Origin: Hyperthermus butylicus DSM 5456
GTDB taxonomy: Archaea > Thermoproteota > Thermoprotei_A > Sulfolobales > Pyrodictiaceae
Assembly: GCF_000015145.1 (NCBI RefSeq)
Contig: NC_008818.1
Location: 990,001 to 1,022,000, forward strand
DNA length: 32,000 nucleotides
Direction: 5' to 3'
A program made the translations under genes and the position numbers. Of this stretch, positions 13,301-22,359 are shown one piece after another; position 1 is the stretch's first letter, and every line of letters starts with the position of its first letter. A model generated the notes under the pieces. That model searched no databases. It was not told the origin of the DNA and saw nothing but the letters and a program-made list of their open reading frames with translations.

Positions 13301-14474
13301 AGTAACAATTGAGGGCCTCAACGCGCCACCACTAATACTAGAGCAGCTAGTTGGCAGCGGCTACCTAACAGAGACTGGCGCCAACACCGGCACGTTCAGC
13401 ACTGTCATAACGCTAGGTGACCTGCTGGCAGGCTTCCAGAGGCTTGGCTACAACGTAGACCTAACAAGCGTAATTGGCAAGAAGATAGCGTTCATCTACT
13501 ATGATGACCAGACAGCATGCCAGGCAGCAATATGTGGCAGCTACACTGGCGGCTCCACCAGCGTATGGATCAAACCAGTAGACATTGAGGGCGGCGTCAC
13601 TGTAATCAATGCTGTAACTGGTAAGCCGAACCCAGACAACATCTACAACTGTGGCTGTACAATAGGCAGTTGTCCATCAGCAACTGGCGATATAATAGAC
13701 ATCATCGTCAACGACGTATCGCTGCTAAAGTACGTGCAGGCTGGTGGTATACGGCTGGTAGGCAACCTAACACTAAGGCTGCTCTACAACAATACTGAGC
13801 AGCCACTAACATACGGCGGTCTCGAGACACTAAGCTACATCGGCTATGAGAACCTAACACTGCCAGGCAGCAATGTAGTCATACCAGTACCAAAGTTCGC
13901 TGCAGAGAACGTACTGATCTACTGCAGCGTACCACTGGCAACAGCCGGCCAGCCATACATAGTAGCACCAGTAGGCAGCAGGGTCAAAATAATCTACCAC
14001 GACCCAGCAATAGAGGCTGGTACTGCTAAGGACGTAGAAGTAACAATTGGCATTGGCGTACCAGGCCTACTACCGACACCAGAACAGTCAGTACAGTTCG
14101 TTGAGCAGCAGCTAGAGGTTAGGGTATTCAATGGCACAGCATTCGTAGAGACGACAACAGTCAAGCGCGGCCAGCCAGTATCGATCTACGTGCCGCTCAA
14201 CTACGATGCACTAACGGTGAGGACATACACTGGTGCCAACGTATTCACAGTGCTACTAGTAATCAAGGATGCAGAGGGCAAGGTAGCACTATTCACGTAC
14301 ACCTACATTGACGTCAGCAAGATGGAGAACGAGGTAAGCTTCGGCATACCAGCAGAGTTCACCAAGCTACTACCAGCGGGCACATACACTGTAGAGCTAT
14401 ACGCTGTAACCAGCCTAGACGCACTAATGCCACTATCACCGGTACTATCATTCCAGCTAACAATAACCGAGTAA
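10368..14474 (+). CDS. S-layer glycoprotein (SlaA-like lattice protein)
   Basis: 1368 aa; signal peptide MSRLALNILTILLITLPVIAPMLPVAKA, many Ig-like modules, four ETGxNTGxF motifs (QETGANTGVF, VETGFNTGVF, KETGTNTGVF, TETGANTGTF), many NxT/S sequons, no C-terminal TM segment. Confidence 0.88.
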   Translation: MSRLALNILTILLITLPVIAPMLPVAKAQTVYAEIINCTNCVSVINNTYAVVTIGSEITFLIHDDDGLTYNWENITANITVNGVLNTVNVGFYGIYGDYVGKLVVEQVGGLIKVRYYYYDNATDSFVDMGYLNGTITATNQTIVIEYKGAKITLVYQQPLATYTLEIYGRLHEGKYWLPRLGDDGVNNITALYNALGEWRIKADQPVFTPGNNYTVTLYARLVGETTPLLTQDVVFTASDEYTLVPANATEAEKIKSFLLNLSSAVNPWYIEGIDFANPTMMGDMLKLKAEIQGFGETAEVDAVIFVSIAKIEIDSAGFNNPEVTITVYDADTNLDTTAAEATPFTFDILVNGVPVMQLQLQETGANTGVFTATTNMFDLYSFGVISETDNVIDYNFTEVRVDDPSAKVICFRGGSFTVTYYAAEFSVKEEQLTLRNIIQCCPPLKLTLQIIDEDLNLPNQEIVAIATLNAGDSLTNVVAYYYYNDQITTVPALNFSMYMADEEGNLYDLTVREQFTIYFIKVAPGVVEASIDLSKIDWQATNAAASAAGHQLTKIVIVYSDRFNPNLTIVNKQAEVTLQNVTIQVDRDTLPISFRIVSSNNPPRIGLGSCPACAAWEVDTWSDVSAQTVHITIYDDGHNEDCCSVDVITPAEIELTLYKVVDGQTVVFGSGTGSLSIDLYAINATGHWVDYGTCYIEVSDLVETGFNTGVFTGTLSIYSEIDVDLDGTPDITIAGCPSLWLQGATLEIKYTSPAVGFAVQKITFATYTAKLQLNTHVVHYGDELVITVEDPDANLDSTINEAIKATLSFYCPLTRTTEEYTVYLKETGTNTGVFVGSITIDSRLAGPCVDLYCAELTVTYVDRTPFDENTLNYAEQLLKQNLSTYGVNGLMIFSECDCNKVLITDTIVEQPVKGSVEVYYKFPAGLEQLAPWNKVWQKVTNDVVPAYEGIELNITVYDPDRNRLYDVVDNIPYSKIAVTIEGLNAPPLILEQLVGSGYLTETGANTGTFSTVITLGDLLAGFQRLGYNVDLTSVIGKKIAFIYYDDQTACQAAICGSYTGGSTSVWIKPVDIEGGVTVINAVTGKPNPDNIYNCGCTIGSCPSATGDIIDIIVNDVSLLKYVQAGGIRLVGNLTLRLLYNNTEQPLTYGGLETLSYIGYENLTLPGSNVVIPVPKFAAENVLIYCSVPLATAGQPYIVAPVGSRVKIIYHDPAIEAGTAKDVEVTIGIGVPGLLPTPEQSVQFVEQQLEVRVFNGTAFVETTTVKRGQPVSIYVPLNYDALTVRTYTGANVFTVLLVIKDAEGKVALFTYTYIDVSKMENEVSFGIPAEFTKLLPAGTYTVELYAVTSLDALMPLSPVLSFQLTITE
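11454..13403 (+). repeat. Four dispersed ETGxNTG[VT]F modules within the S-layer gene (about 11454, 12475, 12846, 13371)
   Basis: Direct reading of the ORF translation; dispersed protein-level repeat. Confidence 0.85.
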
Positions 14475-14511
14475 CCAGCGAGTTTGAAGGGGCAAACCTA
14501 TGACCCAACGC

Positions 14512-14517
14512 TTTTTT
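14512..14517 (+). terminator. T-rich putative terminator after the S-layer gene
   Basis: T6 tract about 40 nt downstream of the stop codon; crenarchaeal termination is commonly at T-rich tracts. Confidence 0.4.
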
Positions 14518-14655
14518 ACACATCCAGTTTACGGGCTTCATGGTTTTTACTATGCAACTATGTGTTTGCCTCAATGCTTAAATAGCTACCCGTGTAGGAT
14601 TCGTGTAATGGTGTAAGAACATATGGCTTGGAGGATTAGGGGGAAGGTGGTAGCA

Positions 14656-16002
14656 ATGAAGACAAGAATGATACTGGCAAGCCTTGCAGTGCTAATCTTC
14701 GCATTCTCGACAATCGCTATGGCTGCTTCAAACTATGCTAGCTATGGCCCAGTAGAATTCTACACCGACAAAGCCAGCTACCTGCCTGGCGAGACTGTAA
14801 GGTTCACCATAGTGATACATGATAGGACTGACTTCCTCGACAGGATAGACATATACATTCTCCGCAACGGCCAGGTAGAGTACCTATGGCACTACCCGGC
14901 AGATAACGGCACCGGCGTAGTCTTCTACCTACAAAACGTTAACGGGAATAGCGTAATTACGTTCAGCAAGGCATTCAGCGAGAGTGGAAGTTATGAAGCA
15001 AGAATAGCCATTCCAAGTCTTAACGTGGCTGCAAATGCTCTAGCAATAACATTCACTGTGGGCCCGCGATATGAGATAGCTGGCATAGTCGTAGATGAGG
15101 AGGGTACACCGGTAGCTGGGGCCACTGTAACAGTACTAGAGACGGGCGACCAGGTCACAACGAATAGCACTGGCGGATTTAGCGTTGGCGTCTCCTCACC
15201 AGGGAACTACACGCTATACGTAAAGGCTAACGACTTCCTACCAACTACAGTAACTGTCACTGTTGAGGATGTTGGCACAACAAACGCTGGCACAATAGCT
15301 ATTGAGAGTGTAGCACACGCCATAACAACCATAAGACAAGAGCTAGAGGATGTAAAGGCCGTCCTCACACAGCTAGAAGCCAACCTAACAAGCCTAACCG
15401 AGGACTACCAGGCAGCAATAGAGGACATTTACAACAGCATAGCATCTCTATCCGATAGGCTCACAGCAGTAGAGAGTGCTGCTAGCCAGCTACAGAGCAG
15501 CCTCAGCAGCCTAAATGCAACGGTTAGCCAGCTACAGGAGATGCTAGGTGAGCTACAGAGCCAGCTAAGTAGCCTTGCACAGCAGCTAGGAGAGCTATCC
15601 AAGGGCCTAAGCGTGCTGGCACAAGACCTTAATGCAAAGATCGAGAAGCTAAACAGCGAGATAACTAAGATAAAGGAAGCCTACGCAACTAAGGACGAGC
15701 TAAACACAGCTATAAACAATGTCAACTCGAGAATAGACCAGGAGAAGGCATCTCTCGAGCAGCAGATATCGGCGCTCAACGAGGAGATAAACAAGCTCAA
15801 GCAGAGGCTCGACCAGCTAGAGTCAGCAACAATACAGCAGCTATCAAACAACATACAGCAGCTAACCAGCGAGCTACAGTCGCTAAGCGATAAGATAGAT
15901 AGCGCCTCCCGGACTGCACTCATAGCAGTCATACTAGCAGTGATAGGCATAGTTGTAGCTGTAGTAGCAACAGTACTCGTATACCGCAAGATAACAGCCT
16001 AA
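14656..16002 (+). CDS. S-layer stalk/anchor protein, SlaB-like architecture
   Basis: Signal peptide MKTRMILASLAVLIFAFSTIAMAA, beta-rich Ig-like domain, carboxypeptidase-regulatory-like domain (IAGIVVDEEGTPVAGATVTVLETG...TNSTGGFSVGVSSPGNYTLYV), ~250-aa coiled coil, and C-terminal TM TALIAVILAVIGIVVAVVATVLVYRKITA. The track start is 14623; ATG at 14656 matches the signal peptide better. Confidence 0.82.
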   Translation: MKTRMILASLAVLIFAFSTIAMAASNYASYGPVEFYTDKASYLPGETVRFTIVIHDRTDFLDRIDIYILRNGQVEYLWHYPADNGTGVVFYLQNVNGNSVITFSKAFSESGSYEARIAIPSLNVAANALAITFTVGPRYEIAGIVVDEEGTPVAGATVTVLETGDQVTTNSTGGFSVGVSSPGNYTLYVKANDFLPTTVTVTVEDVGTTNAGTIAIESVAHAITTIRQELEDVKAVLTQLEANLTSLTEDYQAAIEDIYNSIASLSDRLTAVESAASQLQSSLSSLNATVSQLQEMLGELQSQLSSLAQQLGELSKGLSVLAQDLNAKIEKLNSEITKIKEAYATKDELNTAINNVNSRIDQEKASLEQQISALNEEINKLKQRLDQLESATIQQLSNNIQQLTSELQSLSDKIDSASRTALIAVILAVIGIVVAVVATVLVYRKITA

Positions 16003-16037
16003 AGATATTAAGGGCGTATGAGCCCCAAAACAAGTAG

Positions 16038-16043
16038 TTTTTT
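16038..16043 (+). terminator. T-rich putative terminator after the stalk gene
   Basis: T6 tract about 40 nt after the stop codon. Confidence 0.4.
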
Positions 16044-16286
16044 ACGCTATCATTATCACCCACAGCCTTGTTGCTGGCCCATTCTTCTCCTTGACAATAT
16101 CGTTGCGCAACTCTCGCATTCCTCAACCTCCCCGGCTGCACTTACTAGGCTAGCTTTCCAGCCATTATCTGAAGAGGGACACCAGCCCCCACCCGTGCCA
16201 TTGCCATACTAGTTTTGCTTGTGCGCGACTAGCCCGTTGTGTATCACTGTTCACACATGATATTGTGTTATAGCGTTTAAGATAAG

Positions 16287-16296
16287 TTTTTTAAAT
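16287..16296 (+). promoter_or_regulatory. Putative TATA box for the protease gene
   Basis: TTTTTTAAAT about 35-45 nt upstream of ATG 16332, with a GGAGGG SD-like sequence between. Confidence 0.45.
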
Positions 16297-16331
16297 TGTA
16301 TTAAGGGTGTCTGGGCTTATGGAGGGTAGAC

Positions 16332-19300
16332 ATGTTGTCACGTAAGGCTTTATTATATCGTTTTGTATCAGCGTTTACAATAATGATATTCATTCTACCC
16401 TATATACCGATGGCTGTAGCAGAAGGACAGACAGATAGCGGAGTTAACGTGACAAGCGTGGGACCATACATACATCCTGCGTTTAAGACTAAGGAGTACT
16501 GGGAGTATGGTGGCTTATCTGGCAAGGTTTTCCGGGAGATTCTAAGCCTAGCTGAGGAGTTTGCTAATCATAGAGGGATAGTTGTTGAGAAGCCTAGTGA
16601 GCCCTATGCAGCTGCTATACTACTAGTCGAGCCACATGTAGATATGAGCTTCTATCGGAGCCTTGCAAAGGCTATTGTAATTACAGGTATCTACCCAACA
16701 CATGCCTATACTATTGTGACTGGCTGGGTTACGCCGAGCAGTATTGAGAAGCTCTCAAAGATGGCCGGCATCGTGGCAATACTGCCTGACGTGACACTTG
16801 ACAACCTCCTATCGAGTGCAAGGAATGATGAGCTACTCAGAGAGCTGCAGATGATGGGCCGGGTAGATCCTGACGAGTTAATAGCTTCGAAGCCGGTGCT
16901 TGAGAAGCCGAGAGAGCTACCAGCAGCTCCAGCTGGTCCCGTGGATCTCCTATCAATACCAGGAATGTACCACTATACTGTCAATATTACTCGTGCAATA
17001 GAGGTCTGGAGCAAGTACGGTATTATGGGTCAGAATACGACATTGGCAATCATAGACACTGGTGTAGACTACGCTAGCCCAGGCCTAGGCCTCGACGCTA
17101 TTGCCAGGGACGAGTATGGTATACCGCTAATCTTTGATGCTGATAGCCTAGGTCTTGTATTAACACCAGTGCCAGCAATACCTGTAAACGAGACACACGT
17201 ATACGTCGATGTTAGCGAGCTCTACTTCTTCTACCCGCCATACAACGTGTTTAAGGATAATGTCAGCTTCGCCCGCTTTGGAGATGTATGGCTATACTGG
17301 AACCTCCCAGAGTACTGGAGGGTACCACTGGACGTCTACGCCGGCTTTAGCACCTCTGGTGTTGTGCCAAGGTTTGGTATTGCAGTAAGGATAATCAGTA
17401 CGCCCGTAGGTACTGTAGCCTTTGGCGCGCCAGTGCTAGTCTACGACAGTGACGGTGATGGCTACTATGACACCGTGCGTGTTGACATGACCACCACTTA
17501 CTACTACTTCTACCAAGCAGTAAACCAGAGTGGAGCACTAGCAAGTCTCTACCTATACCAGCCACCCTATAGTGGGCCCGACTATGACTTTAGCGACGAA
17601 CCAGCAATAAGGTATGGCAATGAGATAGCGGCACTGGACCTGGATGGCGATGGTGTATACGACTTTAGTGTTGGTACACTAGCAGGCTACATCTATGATG
17701 CCTTTGGTATTGTGCTACTGGAAGAAAATAATGTTCTAAAGCAAATGCTAGCTGGCCTAGAGCCCGGCTATGGCGTCAGCGTGTTCAACGTGTGGGACAT
17801 GTGGAGCTTCGACTACCTAGGCTATGTGTGGCCAGGCATGGATGTATGGGCTGGTAGGTACGTTGTGCTAGAATACGACTTCCACAGCCATGGCACCTTC
17901 TGTGCCACCACTGCTGCTGGTAGGCCGGCATGGGGCTACACAGGGTACGGTGAGTACAGTGGATGGAGCCTAATAGTGGGCCAGGCGCCTGACACCAAGA
18001 TTGCTGCAGCATCCGCGCTCTCCATGGGCAACGTGTTTGCCGCTGTATACTTCTTCAGCGGGTTCGACGTGGTTAACCCATATGGTGTCGAAAACGGGTT
18101 CTTCCACTACTACGTCCCGGTGCCGGGCAGCGTCAATCCATGGATAGCATTTGAGGGTGGCATACTTGTCTGGAACTACACGGGCAAGCCTAGGGTTGAT
18201 GCTACAAGCAACAGCTGGGGCGCCAGTGGATGGGCGCTATGGGGCTGGGCTAGCGGCATGGACCCGATAAGTGTTGTATTCGACTATACCAGCCTAGTTA
18301 GCAAGACACCGCACTTCGTCGCGGCTGGCAACGGCGGTCCAGGCTGGGGCACCGTTACAAGCCCAGGAGCCTCTGCCATGGCTATAACAGTGGGTGCAGC
18401 CACAGAGTTCACCTATAGGCCGTTCTACGGCTATCTGCCGGGTGGCAACAAGGAGATAGTGTCGTGGAGCAACCGCGGCCCAGCCGAGACGGGTATCGCC
18501 AAGCCAGACATAGCAGCAATAGGCAGTTTCGCATGGGCAATGGGTAGGCCATGGGACGCATTGGCGTGGGGTGCACTTGACGGCTTCTTCGCCTTCGACC
18601 TCTTCGGAGGCACAAGCCAGGCAACACCGATGACAGCTGGTGTAGCCTCACTAGTCATTACAGCCTACAAGCAGGCAACAGGCAAGGACTTCATGCCTGC
18701 ACCTCTACTAAAGACAATACTGATGAACACCGCGCACGACACCGGGTTTGACCCGTTCAGCCAGGGTGCAGGCTTCGTAAACGCCCTTGCAGCGGTTGAA
18801 AAGGCGCTAGCGCTAGCTCATGGCAGACCAACACTGGTCTACAGTACGTCGGTGCCAGACTTCATACTCTCACAGCAAGCGCCAAACTACGAGACAATAG
18901 CGCATGGCGGCATAGAGGAGGGCGGCTGGGCTGAACCAAAGCTAGTACTAGCCGGTACGAGCTACGCTAAGGCAGAGCTAACTGTGAAGGGTGTTGGCAG
19001 GTATAAAGTATATGCTATGGAGCTTGTGAAGACGCTAGAAAAGCCGCTAGTATACATGCTCGGTGTTAGTGTGCCAACAATAACAGTTGATGGAATCAAG
19101 ATAGTATGGCGGAGCGGGAGCAAGATAGCAATCAACCTCACCGGCCTAGACTACGTTGACATGGTTCCACTGGCGTACATCGATCCATCGAGGCTACTAA
19201 GCTACGACCTCGTAGAAATATCCATGGTTTATCCATACCAGTACTTCGATAGTGCCGGCAGGTACGGCACATGGAGAGGCGGCATCTACTACAATGGCAT

Positions 19301-20594
19301 AGAACTATGGTACTGGATCGACCTCAACCGTAACGGCATAATGGAGCTCAACGAGACTGCTAGAATACAGTACGACCTGCGCGGCGCAAACGCATTCCAC
19401 ATACAGGTAGCAAAGCTAGCTGAGCAGCTTAGCGAGATAGAGCGCCTAGTAGCAATGCATACAGGTATGGATGTCTCAGCAGCACCAAAGCAGCTGGTAC
19501 TAGTGTACAGGGCGTACTACAATTACTGGAGCTACGAGGTCTACAGCGGTAAGCCAGTAGTAATATACGCTGATGTCACCATCAAGGGGTACGAGTGGAA
19601 GTCATGGAACAACATTAGGGTCTACCCATCAGTATTCACTGCCAGCGGTACCCGCACAGTCAAAATATTCGCTGTAATGCCGCGCGGCCCAGGCATATAT
19701 ACAGGCTACATCGTTGTAGAAAACACGCTCACCGGCGAGAGAATACTGGTACCAACAACAATCATAAAGATACTAACAATGAACGACGCCTACCGCTCAT
19801 ACACTATAAGCCGTGCATACTACTATGGCGACCGTAACGACTTCTACCGTAACGATGTGCTGCGTGGTGCGTTCGACTGGACCTGGAGGTATGAGAGTGG
19901 CGACTGGAGAACATACCTGGTAGAGGTAAAGGACCCGAAGATAAAGTATTTGGTGCTAGAGCTAAAGTGGAGTGGCGGCACCAAGAACTATATGAGCAAC
20001 CTTGACGTAATGGTATTCGGCCCATACACCTACAAGCTGGTAGACATTGAGAACGATACAGCACCGTACAAGGTATACAGCATGAATGTCAACGGGCTAC
20101 AGCTAGGTGGAGAGCTAACAGAGGACTTTAGAATGTTCTGGGACGACCCAGCGCCAGGCACTAGCAGGATAATAGTGCCGATAAGCGGTCCCGGCCTCTA
20201 CAGGATAGTCGTTAGGAACATCGAGTATAGTGGCGTACAGCAAGAGGAGTCGTTCATGCTGAAGATAGCACCTGGCAGCCTGAGCATATGGCCACGTGTG
20301 GTGAAGCTGTCAGATGGTTCTAGGGCTTACGTGAGGATACTAGCAAAGATACAGGCAACCATCGATACTTCGACGGTTGCAATAGTGCCGCTGGACGAGA
20401 TGTTCGGCGGGTACTACGAGTGGTACTATCCATACAACAACTTCACAGTTAGCGTTGAGAATATTATAGGTAGGAGCTACCGCTACGCCAGCTACATAAT
20501 AAGCCTAGTATCAATCTATGCACCGGTAGGCCTTGGAGAAGGCACCTACATTCTGCCACTAGCGCTGATAACTGGTACGCCTGTAACAGCGTAG
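16332..20594 (+). CDS. Secreted subtilisin-like serine protease (S8 family), giant, S-layer-associated
   Basis: 1420 aa; signal peptide; TLAIIDTGVDYASPG (Asp242), YDFHSHGTFCATTAAG (His520), FGGTSQATPMTAGVASL (Ser762), SNSWGASGW candidate oxyanion Asn. Long C-terminal beta-rich region. Confidence 0.93.
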   Translation: MLSRKALLYRFVSAFTIMIFILPYIPMAVAEGQTDSGVNVTSVGPYIHPAFKTKEYWEYGGLSGKVFREILSLAEEFANHRGIVVEKPSEPYAAAILLVEPHVDMSFYRSLAKAIVITGIYPTHAYTIVTGWVTPSSIEKLSKMAGIVAILPDVTLDNLLSSARNDELLRELQMMGRVDPDELIASKPVLEKPRELPAAPAGPVDLLSIPGMYHYTVNITRAIEVWSKYGIMGQNTTLAIIDTGVDYASPGLGLDAIARDEYGIPLIFDADSLGLVLTPVPAIPVNETHVYVDVSELYFFYPPYNVFKDNVSFARFGDVWLYWNLPEYWRVPLDVYAGFSTSGVVPRFGIAVRIISTPVGTVAFGAPVLVYDSDGDGYYDTVRVDMTTTYYYFYQAVNQSGALASLYLYQPPYSGPDYDFSDEPAIRYGNEIAALDLDGDGVYDFSVGTLAGYIYDAFGIVLLEENNVLKQMLAGLEPGYGVSVFNVWDMWSFDYLGYVWPGMDVWAGRYVVLEYDFHSHGTFCATTAAGRPAWGYTGYGEYSGWSLIVGQAPDTKIAAASALSMGNVFAAVYFFSGFDVVNPYGVENGFFHYYVPVPGSVNPWIAFEGGILVWNYTGKPRVDATSNSWGASGWALWGWASGMDPISVVFDYTSLVSKTPHFVAAGNGGPGWGTVTSPGASAMAITVGAATEFTYRPFYGYLPGGNKEIVSWSNRGPAETGIAKPDIAAIGSFAWAMGRPWDALAWGALDGFFAFDLFGGTSQATPMTAGVASLVITAYKQATGKDFMPAPLLKTILMNTAHDTGFDPFSQGAGFVNALAAVEKALALAHGRPTLVYSTSVPDFILSQQAPNYETIAHGGIEEGGWAEPKLVLAGTSYAKAELTVKGVGRYKVYAMELVKTLEKPLVYMLGVSVPTITVDGIKIVWRSGSKIAINLTGLDYVDMVPLAYIDPSRLLSYDLVEISMVYPYQYFDSAGRYGTWRGGIYYNGIELWYWIDLNRNGIMELNETARIQYDLRGANAFHIQVAKLAEQLSEIERLVAMHTGMDVSAAPKQLVLVYRAYYNYWSYEVYSGKPVVIYADVTIKGYEWKSWNNIRVYPSVFTASGTRTVKIFAVMPRGPGIYTGYIVVENTLTGERILVPTTIIKILTMNDAYRSYTISRAYYYGDRNDFYRNDVLRGAFDWTWRYESGDWRTYLVEVKDPKIKYLVLELKWSGGTKNYMSNLDVMVFGPYTYKLVDIENDTAPYKVYSMNVNGLQLGGELTEDFRMFWDDPAPGTSRIIVPISGPGLYRIVVRNIEYSGVQQEESFMLKIAPGSLSIWPRVVKLSDGSRAYVRILAKIQATIDTSTVAIVPLDEMFGGYYEWYYPYNNFTVSVENIIGRSYRYASYIISLVSIYAPVGLGEGTYILPLALITGTPVTA

Positions 20595-20763
20595 GCGGTA
20601 CCCATGCTGGTAACAGCAGCGTGTACTTCTCATGGTATGTATTGCCTGTTGATATACCAGTAGTGCTGCGTTAACCAATGTAGTCCCTTGTTTTCCACAC
20701 AAATATTTTTTCGTAGCTGGTAACTTCTTCTGCTAGCCTTAAACCTAAAACGAGCATCTACTC

Positions 20764-20773
20764 TTTTATAAAT
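20764..20773 (+). promoter_or_regulatory. Putative TATA box (TTTTATAAAT) for acdA
   Basis: AT-rich TATA-like element about 90 nt upstream of ATG 20858; supports transcription starting near the track start 20789 and translation from 20858. Confidence 0.45.
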
Positions 20774-20857
20774 ATTTTCATAGTTCTCTTGTTTGTTTTC
20801 TCCATCTTATTTATTTATGCAGACTCTGGGATACTACTTAGTGGGAGGTGGAAAGTT

Positions 20858-22288
20858 ATGGCGCTCCCTAGGCCGCCGGTTGGCGAGGGCGTGGAGGTTC
20901 TCTTCAAGCCCAAGGGTGTAGCGGTTATTGGTGCCTCTAGGAAGCCTGGTAAAGTAGGCTACATGGTTCTATACAATCTTAAGAATAGCTACGAGGGTCC
21001 AATATACCCTGTAAACCCGAACGCGGACGAGATACTGGGGCTCAAAGCCTATCCGACAATAATGGATGTACCTGACCCTGTAGATCTTGCAGTAGTGACT
21101 GTGCCGGCAAAAATGGTGCCAGATGTAGTAGACCAGGCTGGAAGGAGAGGTGTTAGGGCGGTTATAGTGATTAGTGCTGGCTTCAGGGAGGTTGGCGGCG
21201 AGGGGGTCGAGCTTGAGAAGCGGCTGCTCGAGGTTGTGAGAAAGCATGGTATCCGAATGCTGGGCCCCAACTGTCTAGGAGTATACTCTCCATCAACCGG
21301 CATTAACGCGACATTTCTCGACCCGGAGAAGCAGGGTCTACCAGGTAAGGGCCCCATAGCATTCATCAGCCAGAGTGGTGCTCTTGGCGCAGCCTTGCTA
21401 GACTGGCTTGACGCTAACCAGTTTGGCATAAGCAAGTTCATAAGTATTGGCAACAAGGCTGACATTGATGAGGCCGACCTGCTAGCCTATCTAAGAAAGG
21501 ACCCGGAAACCAAGAGCATTGCAATGTATATCGAGGGCGTCGCGCCCGGCGAGGGTGGGAGATTCCGCCGCGCTCTAGAAGAGACAACACATGAAAAGCC
21601 AGTGGTCATACTAAAGTCTGGCCGCACCGCTGCTGGTGCACGTGCCGCTTCAAGCCATACTGGCAGCCTTGCAGGTAGCTATCAGCTATACGAGACTATC
21701 TTCAAGCAAACCGGAGTAATACCAGCCTACGACACGGCACAGCTATTCGAGATGGCGTTAGCGCTAGCGCTACAGCCGCCAATGCTGGGTGATCGTGTGG
21801 CAATAATAACGATGGGTGGGGGCAGCGGTGTAATGGCCTCCGATAACCTCGCCGAGAAGGGGCTGAAGGTTGTGGAGCTTAGCCCAGAAACGCAGGCTAA
21901 GCTACGCAAGGTTCTACTGCCGATTGCTAGTCCGAGAAACCCCGTGGATGTAACAGGCTCTGCTACTGATGAGCACTTCCTAGAGTCAATTAGAATCGTT
22001 GTTGAGAGCGGCGAGGTTGACGGCATATTCCTCATACCATACCTAAACCTTGCATCCATAACCCCGGAGCTTCCACGCAAAATAGCTGCACTCGTGAAGG
22101 AGATACAGCAGAAGTACCGAATACCATTCGTAGCCTCGGTAACCGCTGGCAAGAAGACATGGGCTCTAGCAAAGATTATGGAGAAAGAGGCTGGAATACC
22201 GGTATATAGTAACGAGGCTAGCGCAGCCAGAGCCATGTGGGCACTCCGCCAGTACGGCAAGTGGCTACAGAAGATAGGTGTAGCCTAG
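20858..22288 (+). CDS. acdA: ADP-forming acyl-CoA (acetyl-CoA) synthetase, alpha subunit (CoA-binding/ligase domains)
   Basis: LFKPKGVAVIGASRKPGKVGYMVLYNL, YPVNPNADEILGLKAYPTI, GPNCLGVYSP, FISQSGALGAALLDW, SHTGSLAGS (active-site His region). GGGAGGTGG SD-like sequence precedes ATG 20858. Confidence 0.92.
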   Translation: MALPRPPVGEGVEVLFKPKGVAVIGASRKPGKVGYMVLYNLKNSYEGPIYPVNPNADEILGLKAYPTIMDVPDPVDLAVVTVPAKMVPDVVDQAGRRGVRAVIVISAGFREVGGEGVELEKRLLEVVRKHGIRMLGPNCLGVYSPSTGINATFLDPEKQGLPGKGPIAFISQSGALGAALLDWLDANQFGISKFISIGNKADIDEADLLAYLRKDPETKSIAMYIEGVAPGEGGRFRRALEETTHEKPVVILKSGRTAAGARAASSHTGSLAGSYQLYETIFKQTGVIPAYDTAQLFEMALALALQPPMLGDRVAIITMGGGSGVMASDNLAEKGLKVVELSPETQAKLRKVLLPIASPRNPVDVTGSATDEHFLESIRIVVESGEVDGIFLIPYLNLASITPELPRKIAALVKEIQQKYRIPFVASVTAGKKTWALAKIMEKEAGIPVYSNEASAARAMWALRQYGKWLQKIGVA

Positions 22289-22359
22289 ACGGTACAAAAA
22301 CAATAAGGGTAGTGTTTTGCTAGCACCCTCTCGCCACACCTACGCACGCCAGGCCCTGC

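Noticed and set aside
17785-20064. - strand short ORFs inside the protease gene
   Set aside because: Antisense shadows; the + strand has intact S8 catalytic motifs throughout.
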